61,973 bases of DNA from Flavobacteriales bacterium (GTDB lineage Bacteria > Bacteroidota > Bacteroidia > Flavobacteriales > JADGDT01), in NCBI GenBank assembly GCA_023145275.1, contig JAGLEB010000091.1, positions 1-61,973 of the forward strand, written 5' to 3'. Of this stretch, positions 51,019 to 61,671 are shown piece by piece. Position numbers and translations under genes: made by a program. The notes below the pieces were generated by a model, which was given only the letters and a program-made list of their open reading frames with translations, was not told where the DNA came from and did no database searches. How positions within the stretch are numbered: the stretch's first letter is position 1; each line of letters opens with the position of its first letter.

Positions 51019-52377
51019 TTAATAACCCTTGTTTTGAACCATATTAGTGTTTGCATCTCTCTCTGATTGTGGAATAGGGAATGCAAAAGTATAGCTACCA
51101 TAAGGCTGTGTGACGTACGCACTTCCATCAACAGCATTTATATCTCTACCATTTCTAGCAAGATCATAAAATCTAAACCCTTCAAATGCCAATTCCTTTC
51201 TTCTCTCTAACAATATATTATCTAAAGAAAGAGCTAAATAATCAGATCCACCACGAGCTGTAGAAATTAAATCAATTATATCCTTAGCATCAGTATCTTC
51301 CGAGTTAAGATTTAATTTAGCTTCAGCTATATTCAACAACACCTCAGAATATCTAATAATTGGAATTGGATTATTCCCTTGTAAGTCAGCAAATTTACCA
51401 TAATTAAATCCTCCAACGATAAATGCTCCTCTTACATCATCAGCATCATAAATTTCAACTAAGTCTGAAGTAACTTGAAGATCACCATAACCTTCATCTT
51501 GAAAAATATATCCAAGAGATGTTGTATTCAACTGCTCATTTCCATTAAATCCAAGTTGAAACATAACTTCTTTAGAGTCTGTTTTCGCTTGTACCCAAAA
51601 ATTGAAATAATCTTCGGTTGATAAAAGTGCGTATGCACCACTTTCTATTGCTGCTTCAGAAGCACTAATAGCTTCAGAGTAATTCTTATTGTAAAGGTAA
51701 GCTCTACCCAAAAGTCCATTAACAGCATCAAGATTTAAGAAAGACTTGTTTGATGGATTATATTCAGCATCCATTAAACTAATTGCCATTTTATAATCAG
51801 CAATAATCTTAGCATAGTTCTCAGCAATTGTTTCACGAGCAGGCTTATGATCTGGTCCAACGCTTTTATCGATATAAGCAATTCCTAAAGAACCACCGTC
51901 AACATACTGTTGCCCAAATTTCAGAAGCAAGTTAAAGTGTGCAAAAGCTCTTAAAGCATAGGCTTGCCCTCTATAAAAATCAACTTGACCGTCAGACTCA
52001 AGATTAGAATCTATCGCAAGGTTACAAGTAGCAATAACTCTATAAGTATTATACCAGTAATCTGAAGCATATCTACTATTTTCCAACATATCGAACTGTC
52101 CAACTCTGATAAATCTACCTGTGGCACCAGTGCTCACAATATTATCAGATTGTACATCTCCATACACAATACCATCACGGCCTAATACCGCAGAAGCTCT
52201 AAATCTGTTATAGGTAGCATTAATAACGCTTCCTAAGTCATCAACATTTTTTATGGCACCTTCTTTATCGGCACTTTGTTGAAGATCCGGATCAAGGAAA
52301 GATTTAGAACAATTTGTAGATATAACACCTAGTGCTACTACAAATAATAAATTAAATATCTTTTTCATCTTTTTCAT
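51019..52377 (-). CDS. RagB/SusD family nutrient-binding outer membrane lipoprotein
   Basis: Lipobox ISTNC, TPR-like SusD core, C-terminal ERRKELAFEGFRFYDL, and a terminal ...QNKGY. Confidence 0.9.
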   Translation of the reverse strand: MKKMKKIFNLLFVVALGVISTNCSKSFLDPDLQQSADKEGAIKNVDDLGSVINATYNRFRASAVLGRDGIVYGDVQSDNIVSTGATGRFIRVGQFDMLENSRYASDYWYNTYRVIATCNLAIDSNLESDGQVDFYRGQAYALRAFAHFNLLLKFGQQYVDGGSLGIAYIDKSVGPDHKPARETIAENYAKIIADYKMAISLMDAEYNPSNKSFLNLDAVNGLLGRAYLYNKNYSEAISASEAAIESGAYALLSTEDYFNFWVQAKTDSKEVMFQLGFNGNEQLNTTSLGYIFQDEGYGDLQVTSDLVEIYDADDVRGAFIVGGFNYGKFADLQGNNPIPIIRYSEVLLNIAEAKLNLNSEDTDAKDIIDLISTARGGSDYLALSLDNILLERRKELAFEGFRFYDLARNGRDINAVDGSAYVTQPYGSYTFAFPIPQSERDANTNMVQNKGY

Positions 52378-52378
52378 T

Positions 52379-55300
52379 TTAGAATCCTAATTTCACTCCG
52401 AAAGTTAATGTTTTTAACGGTGGCACACGTAAGTCTACATAACCCGATGTATCAACTTCTGGATCCCATTTCAAATCTTCGTCGAAGGCCCAAGTCATAA
52501 GATTTACACCTCTAACATAAAGATTAACATTACTTAATCCAGCTTTCTTAGACCATGATTGTGGCAGATTATATCCTAACTGAATATTTCTTAACCTGAT
52601 ATGATCGCCATCATACATAAACCTTGAAGATCCACTGTTACTATTCTTGTTTCCTAACCACATTGGCTTAGGATTAGCAGACACATCTCCTGGTTTCTCC
52701 CAATAATCTAACAATGTTGCATACCCATTATAGTTTCTATTAAACGCACCATCAGACATTTGATAGTATGCCCAATCGTCATACACTTGATACCCTCCAG
52801 CATAATTCAGCTGAAAACTAAACTCGATGCCTTTGAAAGTAAGAGTATTAGTCATACCTCCAGTTAAAGAAGGAATAGACTGTCCTAAAACTTGTCTTTC
52901 AACACTTGAATAATCATTAGTAAGTTCTCCATCAGTTCTATACCATAAAGGATCTCCATTTGTTGTATTTACACCAGCCCACTCTCTTTGATACCACGAT
53001 GAAACATTGTTACCAACCTTAAGTTGTTTCCCATTTCTAATAGTCTCCTGAAATTCACCGTCTTTGTCTTTTACCATTTCAGTGATTTCATTCTTAAGAG
53101 TCGCAATATTGAATGATGTAGTCCATCTGAAATCACCTGCTTCAACATTAACAGTATTTAATTGGAATTCCCAACCTTGATTCACCATCGAACCAACATT
53201 CTGTGTTTGAACAGCAAAACCAGTTGTTCTAGATAAAGGAACGTCAAGTAACAGATCTTCAGTAGTACGAGTATAATACTCTATTGTACCACTTAATCTA
53301 TTATCGAACATTGCGAAATCAAGACCAATATTTAATGGTTTATTAACCTCCCAAGTTAAATCAGGATTACCAAGATTAGATGGGTAAATAATGTTTTGCT
53401 CTAAATAAGCTCCACTATAACCTACCTGATCCATAAATTTGTTGTGCCCAATTGCGGCATTACCAGTAACACCATAAGAAGTTCTAAGTTTCATAAGGTC
53501 AAACATATCAACTCCCGACAATACATCTTGGACAAGATCATAAGATGCCCCAACTGACCAAAAATTACCATATTTATTTTTCTCAGAAAATCTTGAATTT
53601 CCTTCTCTACGGAAAGTACCATCGATATTAAGTTTACCACCAAAGCTATATGAAGCAGTAATCATTGATGACTGCGACGTCCAATTTTGCCCTGAAGAAC
53701 TTAAATCAGCTTTCTTGGCAGTTGTTGCAGCATTGTACAATCCATAAGTTGGCATATTTTCACCACGTAAGTACATTACATAGTTTTTATTTTGAATTGC
53801 CTCATACACTAATCCTACTCTAAAGGTATGCTCGTCAATTATTTTAGAATAATTAATCATATTTTGCCATACCCAGTTGTAGTTTCTAGTATAATTATCG
53901 TCAACAGAACCACCATAAGAGAAACCATCACCGTGACGAGGATCCCAATACATTTTCTCCTCAATACCGTAATAGTCCAAACCTAATCTAGAAGAAACAT
54001 CAAGTCCCTCCATAATCTCGTAAGTAGCCTGAGCATTTAAGTTAACTTTCATTGTACCTGCATTCTGAAAGTTGTTTTCTTGCAAGAACATAGGATTAAA
54101 TAAACCATTAGGCATTCTTCTTGAACCAGGTTGTCCGATATAAAGAGATCCATCCTCGTTGTACGCTTTATCCCACGATCTCAAGAAATACTGAGCTAGC
54201 ATAGGATTTGAGAAAGACCCACCTTGAGAAACAGACTCCTGCTTACCATACGATCCCGTAACTCCAACTTGAATTTTCAATCTTTTTGTAGCTTGCGAAG
54301 TAACGTTAAGTGCTCCTGAAATTCTTTTATATCCAGTGGCATCAATAACACCTTGTTGATCAAAATAACCTCCCGATACACGGAATTGTGTTCTTTTATC
54401 ACCCCCAGATGCAGAAAAGTTATATACTTGCTGAGTTGCCTGAGATCTTTGAACTTCTTTTTTCCAATCGGTATCAGTCTCTCCATCCCAATAGTTTGCC
54501 TTAATAAACTCGTCAGCTTCTTCTCTAGACAATCCATAAGAGTTCATCGCAGAAGTCCCAACATAATGAGTCATCTCTTGAGCATTCATAGGATCCTGTC
54601 CTGAAACAGCGAGATCATTAGAACCATATTCAGCAGAAAAGCTAAATTTAGTTGCTCCAATTTTACCACGTTTTGTATTAATTACAATAACTCCATTTGC
54701 ACCACGCGCACCATATTGAGATGTAGCAGATGCATCTTTCAGCACTGTTACGGACTCAATATCATTAGCATTAATAGATGCTAACACATCAGACGATGTA
54801 GTAAGACCCGTTAAATCACCAGTAACAATCGGAACACCATCTAGCACGTACAATGGATCGTTTCCAGCCAAAATAGAGGAAATACCTCTAATTCTAATTT
54901 CTTGTTTCGCACCTGGCTGACCACTTGAACTAAACGACTGCAAACCTGCAACGTTACCATTCAACATTTGATCTACCGATACTAAAGGTACACTACCAAG
55001 CTTATCAGATTTAACGGTAACTAATGAACCCGTTAATTCAGAAACTTTCTTTGATGAGTAACCTGTAACAACAATCTCGTCTAAAGCCTTTGCATCAACT
55101 TCTAAAATAACATCAACTCTCGGCTGTGAACTAACAGTAACAAGTTGATCAGTAAAACCAATAAAATTAAATTGAAGTTTCTGCCCAACATTGGCAGTAA
55201 TAGAGTAGTTTCCATCGAAATCTGTGGATGTACCTGTTGATGTCCCCACCACAATTATACTCACACCGGGCAATGGAAGCCCATCTTCGCCTGACGCAAC

Positions 55301-55390
55301 TGTTCCACTAATGGCAATCTCCTGGGAAAAGGCAGAAAAGCCAAATAGTACTAACAGGAACGACAAGACTGTAGTAATCTTCGTTCTCAT
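52379..55390 (-). CDS. SusC/RagA family TonB-linked outer membrane protein
   Basis: Carboxypeptidase-regulatory-like N-domain (ISGTVASGEDGLPLPGVSIIVVGTSTGTSTDFDGNYSI), plug, TonB-box region and a C-terminal beta-barrel ending in F. Confidence 0.95.
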   Translation of the reverse strand: MRTKITTVLSFLLVLFGFSAFSQEIAISGTVASGEDGLPLPGVSIIVVGTSTGTSTDFDGNYSITANVGQKLQFNFIGFTDQLVTVSSQPRVDVILEVDAKALDEIVVTGYSSKKVSELTGSLVTVKSDKLGSVPLVSVDQMLNGNVAGLQSFSSSGQPGAKQEIRIRGISSILAGNDPLYVLDGVPIVTGDLTGLTTSSDVLASINANDIESVTVLKDASATSQYGARGANGVIVINTKRGKIGATKFSFSAEYGSNDLAVSGQDPMNAQEMTHYVGTSAMNSYGLSREEADEFIKANYWDGETDTDWKKEVQRSQATQQVYNFSASGGDKRTQFRVSGGYFDQQGVIDATGYKRISGALNVTSQATKRLKIQVGVTGSYGKQESVSQGGSFSNPMLAQYFLRSWDKAYNEDGSLYIGQPGSRRMPNGLFNPMFLQENNFQNAGTMKVNLNAQATYEIMEGLDVSSRLGLDYYGIEEKMYWDPRHGDGFSYGGSVDDNYTRNYNWVWQNMINYSKIIDEHTFRVGLVYEAIQNKNYVMYLRGENMPTYGLYNAATTAKKADLSSSGQNWTSQSSMITASYSFGGKLNIDGTFRREGNSRFSEKNKYGNFWSVGASYDLVQDVLSGVDMFDLMKLRTSYGVTGNAAIGHNKFMDQVGYSGAYLEQNIIYPSNLGNPDLTWEVNKPLNIGLDFAMFDNRLSGTIEYYTRTTEDLLLDVPLSRTTGFAVQTQNVGSMVNQGWEFQLNTVNVEAGDFRWTTSFNIATLKNEITEMVKDKDGEFQETIRNGKQLKVGNNVSSWYQREWAGVNTTNGDPLWYRTDGELTNDYSSVERQVLGQSIPSLTGGMTNTLTFKGIEFSFQLNYAGGYQVYDDWAYYQMSDGAFNRNYNGYATLLDYWEKPGDVSANPKPMWLGNKNSNSGSSRFMYDGDHIRLRNIQLGYNLPQSWSKKAGLSNVNLYVRGVNLMTWAFDEDLKWDPEVDTSGYVDLRVPPLKTLTFGVKLGF

Positions 55391-55443
55391 ACTATGATTT
55401 TTGGTTAATAATGAACCAAAGTACTAATAATACAGGATTTAAA

Positions 55444-55451
55444 CAAAATTA
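55444..55451 (-). promoter_or_regulatory. -7 box TAATTTTG (minus strand) upstream of SusC locus 1
   Basis: Plus-strand CAAAATTA is the reverse complement of an exact TAnnTTTG match, 54 nt upstream of the start at 55390. Confidence 0.35.
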
Positions 55452-55476
55452 CAATCTTATTATATTATGATAATTA

Positions 55477-56454
55477 TCAGTTAAATTCTACTGTATCATA
55501 GAAGTTATTGAAAGCCCACGTTTCAGCAATATATCCTGGAGCCCAAAGCACTCTTTGTCCGCGTTTGGGACCTTTAGTAACGTAACCGTATATATCAATA
55601 TAATTGCCAGTTTGATCAATCAACACATTTGGAAAAACGGAATTAGAAAGCAGACTGAAACTACTATTTATACTTTCAAAAGCAGTCATCATCTGATATT
55701 CCTTTAAATACAGAACACTAAATGTGTTTAAACTACTAATAAAACTCGTCTTTATCTTATCGTCCATGGTAAAGACCTTGATTCCGAACTTATCTAGAAC
55801 GCCCAAATTAATATTCCTTGTCTTTTGTATTGCTCTTGAACTAGTATTGTTCTTATTAACTAAAACTTGGGCATTAGGGTAATAATCCTTGATATATTTC
55901 CACGAAGACTGAACTAACATTATACGCTTTATCTTTGTTGATATCAATTTGCCATTTACACTTTCGCCCAACATCTGAGACCATATACTTTCCGTATCTC
56001 TATCAAAAGGCATAAGATTATCATTGTAAAGCATCCCTGAGACACCAAATGAATTAATTTTCCCGTTAATCTTTCTATTAAAAGCAATACAACTACATGT
56101 TAGAGGACAATAGCTGATTGTAAAATATAAATCGTCAATCCTATCATTTACAATTTCGACTCCTTGTAAGTCTTTTAAAAGATAAACTCTTATAACATTA
56201 TTTTCTTTTAACGACACAACTGTTTCAAAATCGGATATATGATTAAGCTTTGATGCAAGTTCAAACTTGGGGGAATCGATCGATTTAAAACTTAGAAAGT
56301 TAGCAGGAGTATTAGATATGTTAGCGTAGGGAATTAGCCAATCATTATTATTTGTAGAAACATTAGTATTTGCTTCTTTAGTACACGAAGAAATTGAAAA
56401 TATAAATAATGCCGCTAGAAAAAAAGGATATATTATTCGTTTTAGGTTTTTCAT
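55477..56454 (-). CDS. DUF3179 domain lipoprotein
   Basis: Lipobox SISSC. YCPLTCSCIAFNRKINGKINSFGVSGMLYNDNLMPFDRDTESIWSQ matches my recollection of the DUF3179 core (YCPLC...FGVSG.LYN..L..YDR.T.S.WSQ). Confidence 0.7.
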   Translation of the reverse strand: MKNLKRIIYPFFLAALFIFSISSCTKEANTNVSTNNNDWLIPYANISNTPANFLSFKSIDSPKFELASKLNHISDFETVVSLKENNVIRVYLLKDLQGVEIVNDRIDDLYFTISYCPLTCSCIAFNRKINGKINSFGVSGMLYNDNLMPFDRDTESIWSQMLGESVNGKLISTKIKRIMLVQSSWKYIKDYYPNAQVLVNKNNTSSRAIQKTRNINLGVLDKFGIKVFTMDDKIKTSFISSLNTFSVLYLKEYQMMTAFESINSSFSLLSNSVFPNVLIDQTGNYIDIYGYVTKGPKRGQRVLWAPGYIAETWAFNNFYDTVEFN

Positions 56455-56468
56455 TGTTCTACACTTTA

Positions 56469-56476
56469 CAAAATTA
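56469..56476 (-). promoter_or_regulatory. -7 box TAATTTTG (minus strand) for the DUF3179 gene
   Basis: Exact TAnnTTTG match 15 nt upstream of the start at 56454, just 3' of the upstream operon's terminator. Confidence 0.4.
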
Positions 56477-56513
56477 GATATAGTGTTTAGTCGAAAGAAC
56501 TAAAAAAACCTTA

Positions 56514-56542
56514 CAAAAAAAGGAGAGCCGTTTGGCTCTCCC
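56514..56542 (-). terminator. Rho-independent terminator after SusD locus 2
   Basis: Stem GGAGAGCC / GGCTCTCC with loop GTTT, followed on the minus strand by TTTTTTT. Confidence 0.75.
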
Positions 56543-56572
56543 TTATATAACACTATTAAATTGTAAAGCAAT

Positions 56573-58012
56573 TTACTTTTGCCAGAACATTTTAGCTTGT
56601 TGTTCTTTATCAGGACCACCGATACTTGAAACAGCAGCATCGTAATTTTCCTTGTTCAATTGGCTTTCGTCAGTTGGATAAGGACGTCTGTTAGGAACAA
56701 TTAAAGAACCAACATTTGCAGCAGCGTGAGGTCCATCAGCAGGTCCTTCAAAGAAAGAAGGGAAACCTGTACGTCTGTACTCTGCCCATCCTTGAACACC
56801 TTGCATGTAGTTAGCAACCCACTTCTCAGTAACGATTGACTCTTTTCCATTGAAAGGAACAGCAGCAGCTAAAGTAGCGGCATCTTCAGAAGAAGCACCC
56901 CAATTAGTAGCAGAAGCCTCAATACCTTCACGGAATTTTGTTTCATCATTATTAATTTCAGCAAGTATAAACAATACCTCATCATAGTTCATCCATGGAG
57001 TTACAGCATCAGCAGCATAAATATTAAGTGCTTGATAACATCTACCTTCAGCATACTCATTAGGAGCATTACCATTATCTAAACCATAAGTTAAACCAGC
57101 AAAACCATTCTCAGCATGTGGTGTAGCATAAAATGGACGACGTGGATCGTTGTTTCCATTCATATAATCAAGAAGAGTTTTTGAAACTGCAAAATCTTTT
57201 TCTAAACGGTTACCATTAACAAAATCATCAAAGATAGGATTAACTGTCTTTCCTGAAGAAGTATAAGCAAACTGAGCATTATCAGCGTTAGACATAAAAG
57301 CTTTAGAAGCAGCATTCTTAGCAACATCAGTTTTACCTTCACGTAAAGCTATACGCATTATAAGAGAATTTGCAAACTTTTTCCACTTTGTCATATCTCC
57401 ACCATAAATAACATCTCCTTTCATACCAGGTTGATCAGCGTCAATCATAGAAGAAGCTTCTTCTAATTCTTTTAACAAATCCGCATAAATTGCAGAAGCA
57501 GAATCATATTTAGGAGTAGTCATTTCAACACCTTTTAAAGCATCGAAATAAGGAATATCGCCCCATGTATCAACCATAATCTGGAAAACATAAGCCTTCA
57601 TAATTTTGGCTACAGCAATCTGATTTGCTGGATATCCAGATGATGCGAATGCTTCAGTGTCAGTATTCTTCAAGATAATATCCTGTAAATCGTACAAATT
57701 AGTGTACATAGAATACCATGAATTATTAGTAACATTCACACGAGGAGAATATCTACTCTCATCAGTATAGTTAATCTGCGACCAATATTGAGAATAAACT
57801 AATCCCATACGGCCGTTAAACCAGTTATCTCTTAACTCAACAGTCAAGTGATACTGCGCGTTTGTCATCAAGTATGATGTTGGTACAGCCTCAGGTGCAT
57901 TTGGGTTCTGATTCATTTCCTCGAACCCTTTTGTACACGAGCCTAAAGTAGCAACTACCATAAACAACGCTAATACTTTATATATATTTTTTTTCATAAT
58001 TTTCGTTGTCAT
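56573..58012 (-). CDS. SusD/RagB family lipoprotein (SusD-like_2 type)
   Basis: Lipobox LGSC. Typical SusD-like_2 blocks (WGDIPYFDAL, EYRRTGFP). The start overlaps the SusC stop (TAATG). Alternative start at 57997. Confidence 0.9.
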   Translation of the reverse strand: MTTKIMKKNIYKVLALFMVVATLGSCTKGFEEMNQNPNAPEAVPTSYLMTNAQYHLTVELRDNWFNGRMGLVYSQYWSQINYTDESRYSPRVNVTNNSWYSMYTNLYDLQDIILKNTDTEAFASSGYPANQIAVAKIMKAYVFQIMVDTWGDIPYFDALKGVEMTTPKYDSASAIYADLLKELEEASSMIDADQPGMKGDVIYGGDMTKWKKFANSLIMRIALREGKTDVAKNAASKAFMSNADNAQFAYTSSGKTVNPIFDDFVNGNRLEKDFAVSKTLLDYMNGNNDPRRPFYATPHAENGFAGLTYGLDNGNAPNEYAEGRCYQALNIYAADAVTPWMNYDEVLFILAEINNDETKFREGIEASATNWGASSEDAATLAAAVPFNGKESIVTEKWVANYMQGVQGWAEYRRTGFPSFFEGPADGPHAAANVGSLIVPNRRPYPTDESQLNKENYDAAVSSIGGPDKEQQAKMFWQK

Positions 58013-61000
58013 TAAAGTTTAAATGATACGTTGAAACCATAAGATTTTGTAGGAGGGTTTGCACCACCTTCTAAACCTTGTACGTTACCACCATTTGTTA
58101 CCTGCTCTGGATCTAAGTGTGGATTATCAGTACCCCAAATTGCAAGGTTCTTACCTACTAAGTTCACAGAAATTCCTTGGAAAGGACCTACGTATGATTT
58201 TGGAATAGAATATCCTAAACGCACCTCACGTAATTTGAAGTAAGTAGCTTCGAATACGTTCTGACCTCCTCTTGCATTACCGTAGTGAGACTCACCAGCA
58301 TCGGTAGCAGAAATTCTAACATCATTCTTAGTTCCGTCTTCTTTAACACCAGGAAGAATTAAACCATCTTCTCTAATTCCACCTTCAGCAGTTTCAGCAA
58401 ATAATCCAGAGTAGTTACCCCACATATTTGTTGTTGAGAAGAAGTGTCCACCTTTTTGGTGATCAATAGTGAAAGAAAAGTTAAACCCTCTATAATTCAA
58501 CGTGTTGATCATACCTAAGTTATAATCTGGCAAAACAGATCCTAATTCCTCAAGACCAGCAGAAGACTTGTAAAGACCATTATCTCCAACAACTTTCTCG
58601 CCATCTTTATATACATGGTTAGCTCCTTTAAGCATACCATAAGGTTGACCTTCTTCAGCAACTACATAAATTCCCCAAAGAGAACCTAAAGTAATTTCTT
58701 TTACGTCAGGGTGTAACTCATCAACCATATTAGTGTTAGTAGAGAAGTTAAAAACAACATCCCAAGAGAAGTTATCTGTAGCAACAGGAGTTGCAAACAC
58801 AGAAGCTTCAAAACCTTTGTTACTCATTGATCCTGCATTCAACCATCTTGCACCATATCCTGAAGTAGCAGAAATAGTAACTGGCATAATCTGATCAATT
58901 GTCTTAGCATCATAATAAGTTAATGCAAAACCTAATCTGTTATCAAACATATGCATGTCAAGACCAACCTCCCATGAGTTTGTTGTCTCAGGCTTCAATT
59001 CAGCGTTGAATATAGATCCAGGATTAGAGAACATTGGATTTGATCCGTATCCCTGATTATTTGTATAAGTAGCAACTAAGTTATAAGGATCAGTATCATT
59101 ACCAACCTGAGCATAACCAGCTCTTACTTTCAACAGATCTAACCAGTTTGAATCTTTCATACCACCTAATTCAGATAAAATAAAACTTACGTTACCAGAA
59201 TAATATAGGTAAGAGTTATTATCCTCAGGAAGAGTAGAAGACCAGTCATTACGAACAGATCCATCAACATAAATCAATCTATTCCATCCTAATGTAGCAT
59301 TAGCAAAAACAGAATTAATTCTTTTCTCATATTTGTACTCATCAACCATTGCTTGGTTCATTGAGTTATTTAATGAATAGATTCCAGGTACAGCAAGACC
59401 ACCGTCAGTGTTACCAGAAATTCTTTGATAACTTCTATCCATTCTGTTCGCTCCAATCAATCCACTTAAATGGAAAGACTCGTTAAGTTGCTTTTGAGCA
59501 GTCAACATAAATTCCTGATTCAATTCAGTCAACTCGCGGTTGTCTTTTGAATAGGAAGAGTTATCAGCAGATCCAACAGCAGTTCTAGACTCTCTTAAGT
59601 CAGAATAGTGATCCATATTAACTTTTGCTTGAGCAGTTAACCAATCATTAAATTTGTAACCAACTTTAGCATTACCATAAATACGATTTCTTTCACTCTC
59701 TCCGAAATTTTCGTTTTGAGTCCAATAAGCGTTATCAGAATAAGCTGGAGCTGGATTATCGAAAGATGATCTGTTCCAAGTTCTTTGAGAACCATCTGGC
59801 TGCTTATAGTTTTTCATTTTTTCCATATCCCACTGACGTTGTCCCCACTGTGCAAATTTCTGCATAATACCATTTGAAGAGTATCCTGATACAGGAAGTG
59901 CACGAGTTCTAGAGTTAACATAAGTAGCATTAACGCCAGCATAAAGTTTATCAGTAAGATTAATATTACCAACAAAGTTTAAAGTATTTCTCCATAAGTG
60001 TGAGTTAGGGAAAACACCTGATTGATCGTAATTTGTATAAGACATACGGAAATCAGATTTATCATCTCCTCCGAAGAATGCAACGTTAGTCTTAGCTAAG
60101 AAACCTGTTTCGAAGAAATCTCTGATATTATCAGGATTAGCAGACCAAGGAGATGTTTCAGGAGCTCCTTGCTTACCATTAGCTTCCCAATCGTAAACTG
60201 ACCACCAAGGAACAACAGGTGTTCCATCTAATTTAGGACCCCAAGACTCATCCATTCCATAAAAAGGAATGTTATAAGTTTTTCCATCAATAACTTTTTG
60301 TTCGAAAGAATCACCGTAACCACCACCATATCCATTTTGGTAATCTGGTAATCTATCAACATTCTCCCACATACCTGTGAAATTAACATCAACACCGATA
60401 GCCTTGTTCTTACCACCTTTTTTAGTAGTAATCAAGATTACACCGTTTGCAGCACGTGAACCGTACAATGCAGATGCAGAAGGCCCTTTAAGAACCGAGA
60501 TAGACTCAACATCATCAGGGTTAATATCCTGAGACATGTTACCGAAATCGGCAGTGTTTCCAGAACCTCTAGATTGTGAAGAATTAGAGAAGTTAGAGTT
60601 ATCAATTACAGTACCATCAACTACATATAGTGGTTGATTGTTTGACTGTAATGAACTAGCACCTCTTAAAAGTACACGAGAAGAACCTCCCATATTACCA
60701 GAAGAAGACGAAACCTGTACTCCGGCAACTCTACCTGATAAGTTTGAAGAGATATCTGCAGTAGGTACAGAGTTAACCTCATCACTTCCTACTTCAGAAA
60801 CTGCATATCCAAGAGCTTTCTTTTCTCTTGATATACCTAATGCAGTTACAACAACCTCATCTAATGCTTTAGCATCAGGATCAAGAACTACATTCATTGT
60901 AGATCCAGATACAGATACTTTTTTAGATGTGTATCCAATAAAACTAAACTCTAGCTGACCTCCGTTAGAAGCATCGATGCTAAAGTTTCCATCAAAATCT

Positions 61001-61170
61001 GTAGATGTACCGCTTGCGGAACCTACAACAATAATACTTACTCCTGGCATTGGTAGTCCGTCTTCTGACGAAGTCACCGTACCGGAGACGTTCAACTCCT
61101 GTGCCATCATAGCAAAAGGAGCGAATAGCGCAACGACTAGCGCTAAAAATCCAGTAAATTTAAACCTCAT
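58012..61170 (-). CDS. SusC/RagA family TonB-linked outer membrane protein
   Basis: Signal peptide begins at MRFKFTGFLALV (start 61170 preferred over 61230). Same N-domain motif as locus 1 (VSGTVTSSEDGLPMPGVSIIVVGSASGTSTDFDGNFSI). Barrel ends in F. Confidence 0.95.
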   Translation of the reverse strand: MRFKFTGFLALVVALFAPFAMMAQELNVSGTVTSSEDGLPMPGVSIIVVGSASGTSTDFDGNFSIDASNGGQLEFSFIGYTSKKVSVSGSTMNVVLDPDAKALDEVVVTALGISREKKALGYAVSEVGSDEVNSVPTADISSNLSGRVAGVQVSSSSGNMGGSSRVLLRGASSLQSNNQPLYVVDGTVIDNSNFSNSSQSRGSGNTADFGNMSQDINPDDVESISVLKGPSASALYGSRAANGVILITTKKGGKNKAIGVDVNFTGMWENVDRLPDYQNGYGGGYGDSFEQKVIDGKTYNIPFYGMDESWGPKLDGTPVVPWWSVYDWEANGKQGAPETSPWSANPDNIRDFFETGFLAKTNVAFFGGDDKSDFRMSYTNYDQSGVFPNSHLWRNTLNFVGNINLTDKLYAGVNATYVNSRTRALPVSGYSSNGIMQKFAQWGQRQWDMEKMKNYKQPDGSQRTWNRSSFDNPAPAYSDNAYWTQNENFGESERNRIYGNAKVGYKFNDWLTAQAKVNMDHYSDLRESRTAVGSADNSSYSKDNRELTELNQEFMLTAQKQLNESFHLSGLIGANRMDRSYQRISGNTDGGLAVPGIYSLNNSMNQAMVDEYKYEKRINSVFANATLGWNRLIYVDGSVRNDWSSTLPEDNNSYLYYSGNVSFILSELGGMKDSNWLDLLKVRAGYAQVGNDTDPYNLVATYTNNQGYGSNPMFSNPGSIFNAELKPETTNSWEVGLDMHMFDNRLGFALTYYDAKTIDQIMPVTISATSGYGARWLNAGSMSNKGFEASVFATPVATDNFSWDVVFNFSTNTNMVDELHPDVKEITLGSLWGIYVVAEEGQPYGMLKGANHVYKDGEKVVGDNGLYKSSAGLEELGSVLPDYNLGMINTLNYRGFNFSFTIDHQKGGHFFSTTNMWGNYSGLFAETAEGGIREDGLILPGVKEDGTKNDVRISATDAGESHYGNARGGQNVFEATYFKLREVRLGYSIPKSYVGPFQGISVNLVGKNLAIWGTDNPHLDPEQVTNGGNVQGLEGGANPPTKSYGFNVSFKL

Positions 61171-61671
61171 ATTTGTATTGTTTTTTAGGTTAGAAAGGAC
61201 AAACATCATGAAAATATGGCAAACAAGCAAATTTTATGATGAAAATTCTTTAACGTTTAATTAACAAATATGAAAATACCCACTATTTAAAAAGCAGAAT
61301 AAAGCTCCTTTTATATATCAAAACAGAAGATAATTAATCAATTACACCTACACTGAACAATGCTTTCAACATTTAACCCGACATTGTGACAACTTAAAAT
61401 TAAAAAACACAAAGCGGCAACGATGTAGTCTAAAACTGATAAAAGTCATACCTTAATGTAAAGTGTATTTTGTACACTATTGATTTTCAATATACTTACA
61501 ATTAATTGACAAAAACAAATATTAAAACCTACATATATACAATACGTCTTTAACTTTATCATTACCTTAAATCAGCAAACGAGTTTAAAGTAAAATTTTA
61601 AAATTTTGTGAACTATACAAGACTTGGTAAGCCATTTTTAATAATTTTACTCATATTTCAAATCAAAAGAA

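Noticed and set aside
61171-61230. 20-codon N-terminal extension of SusC locus 2 (MLVCHIFMMFVLSNLKNNTN)
   Set aside because: A canonical signal peptide starts at MRFKFTGFLALV (61170). The extension overlaps an imperfect inverted repeat and a near-consensus -7 box (AAAATTTG, 61228-35) that more likely belong to the 5' leader or promoter.
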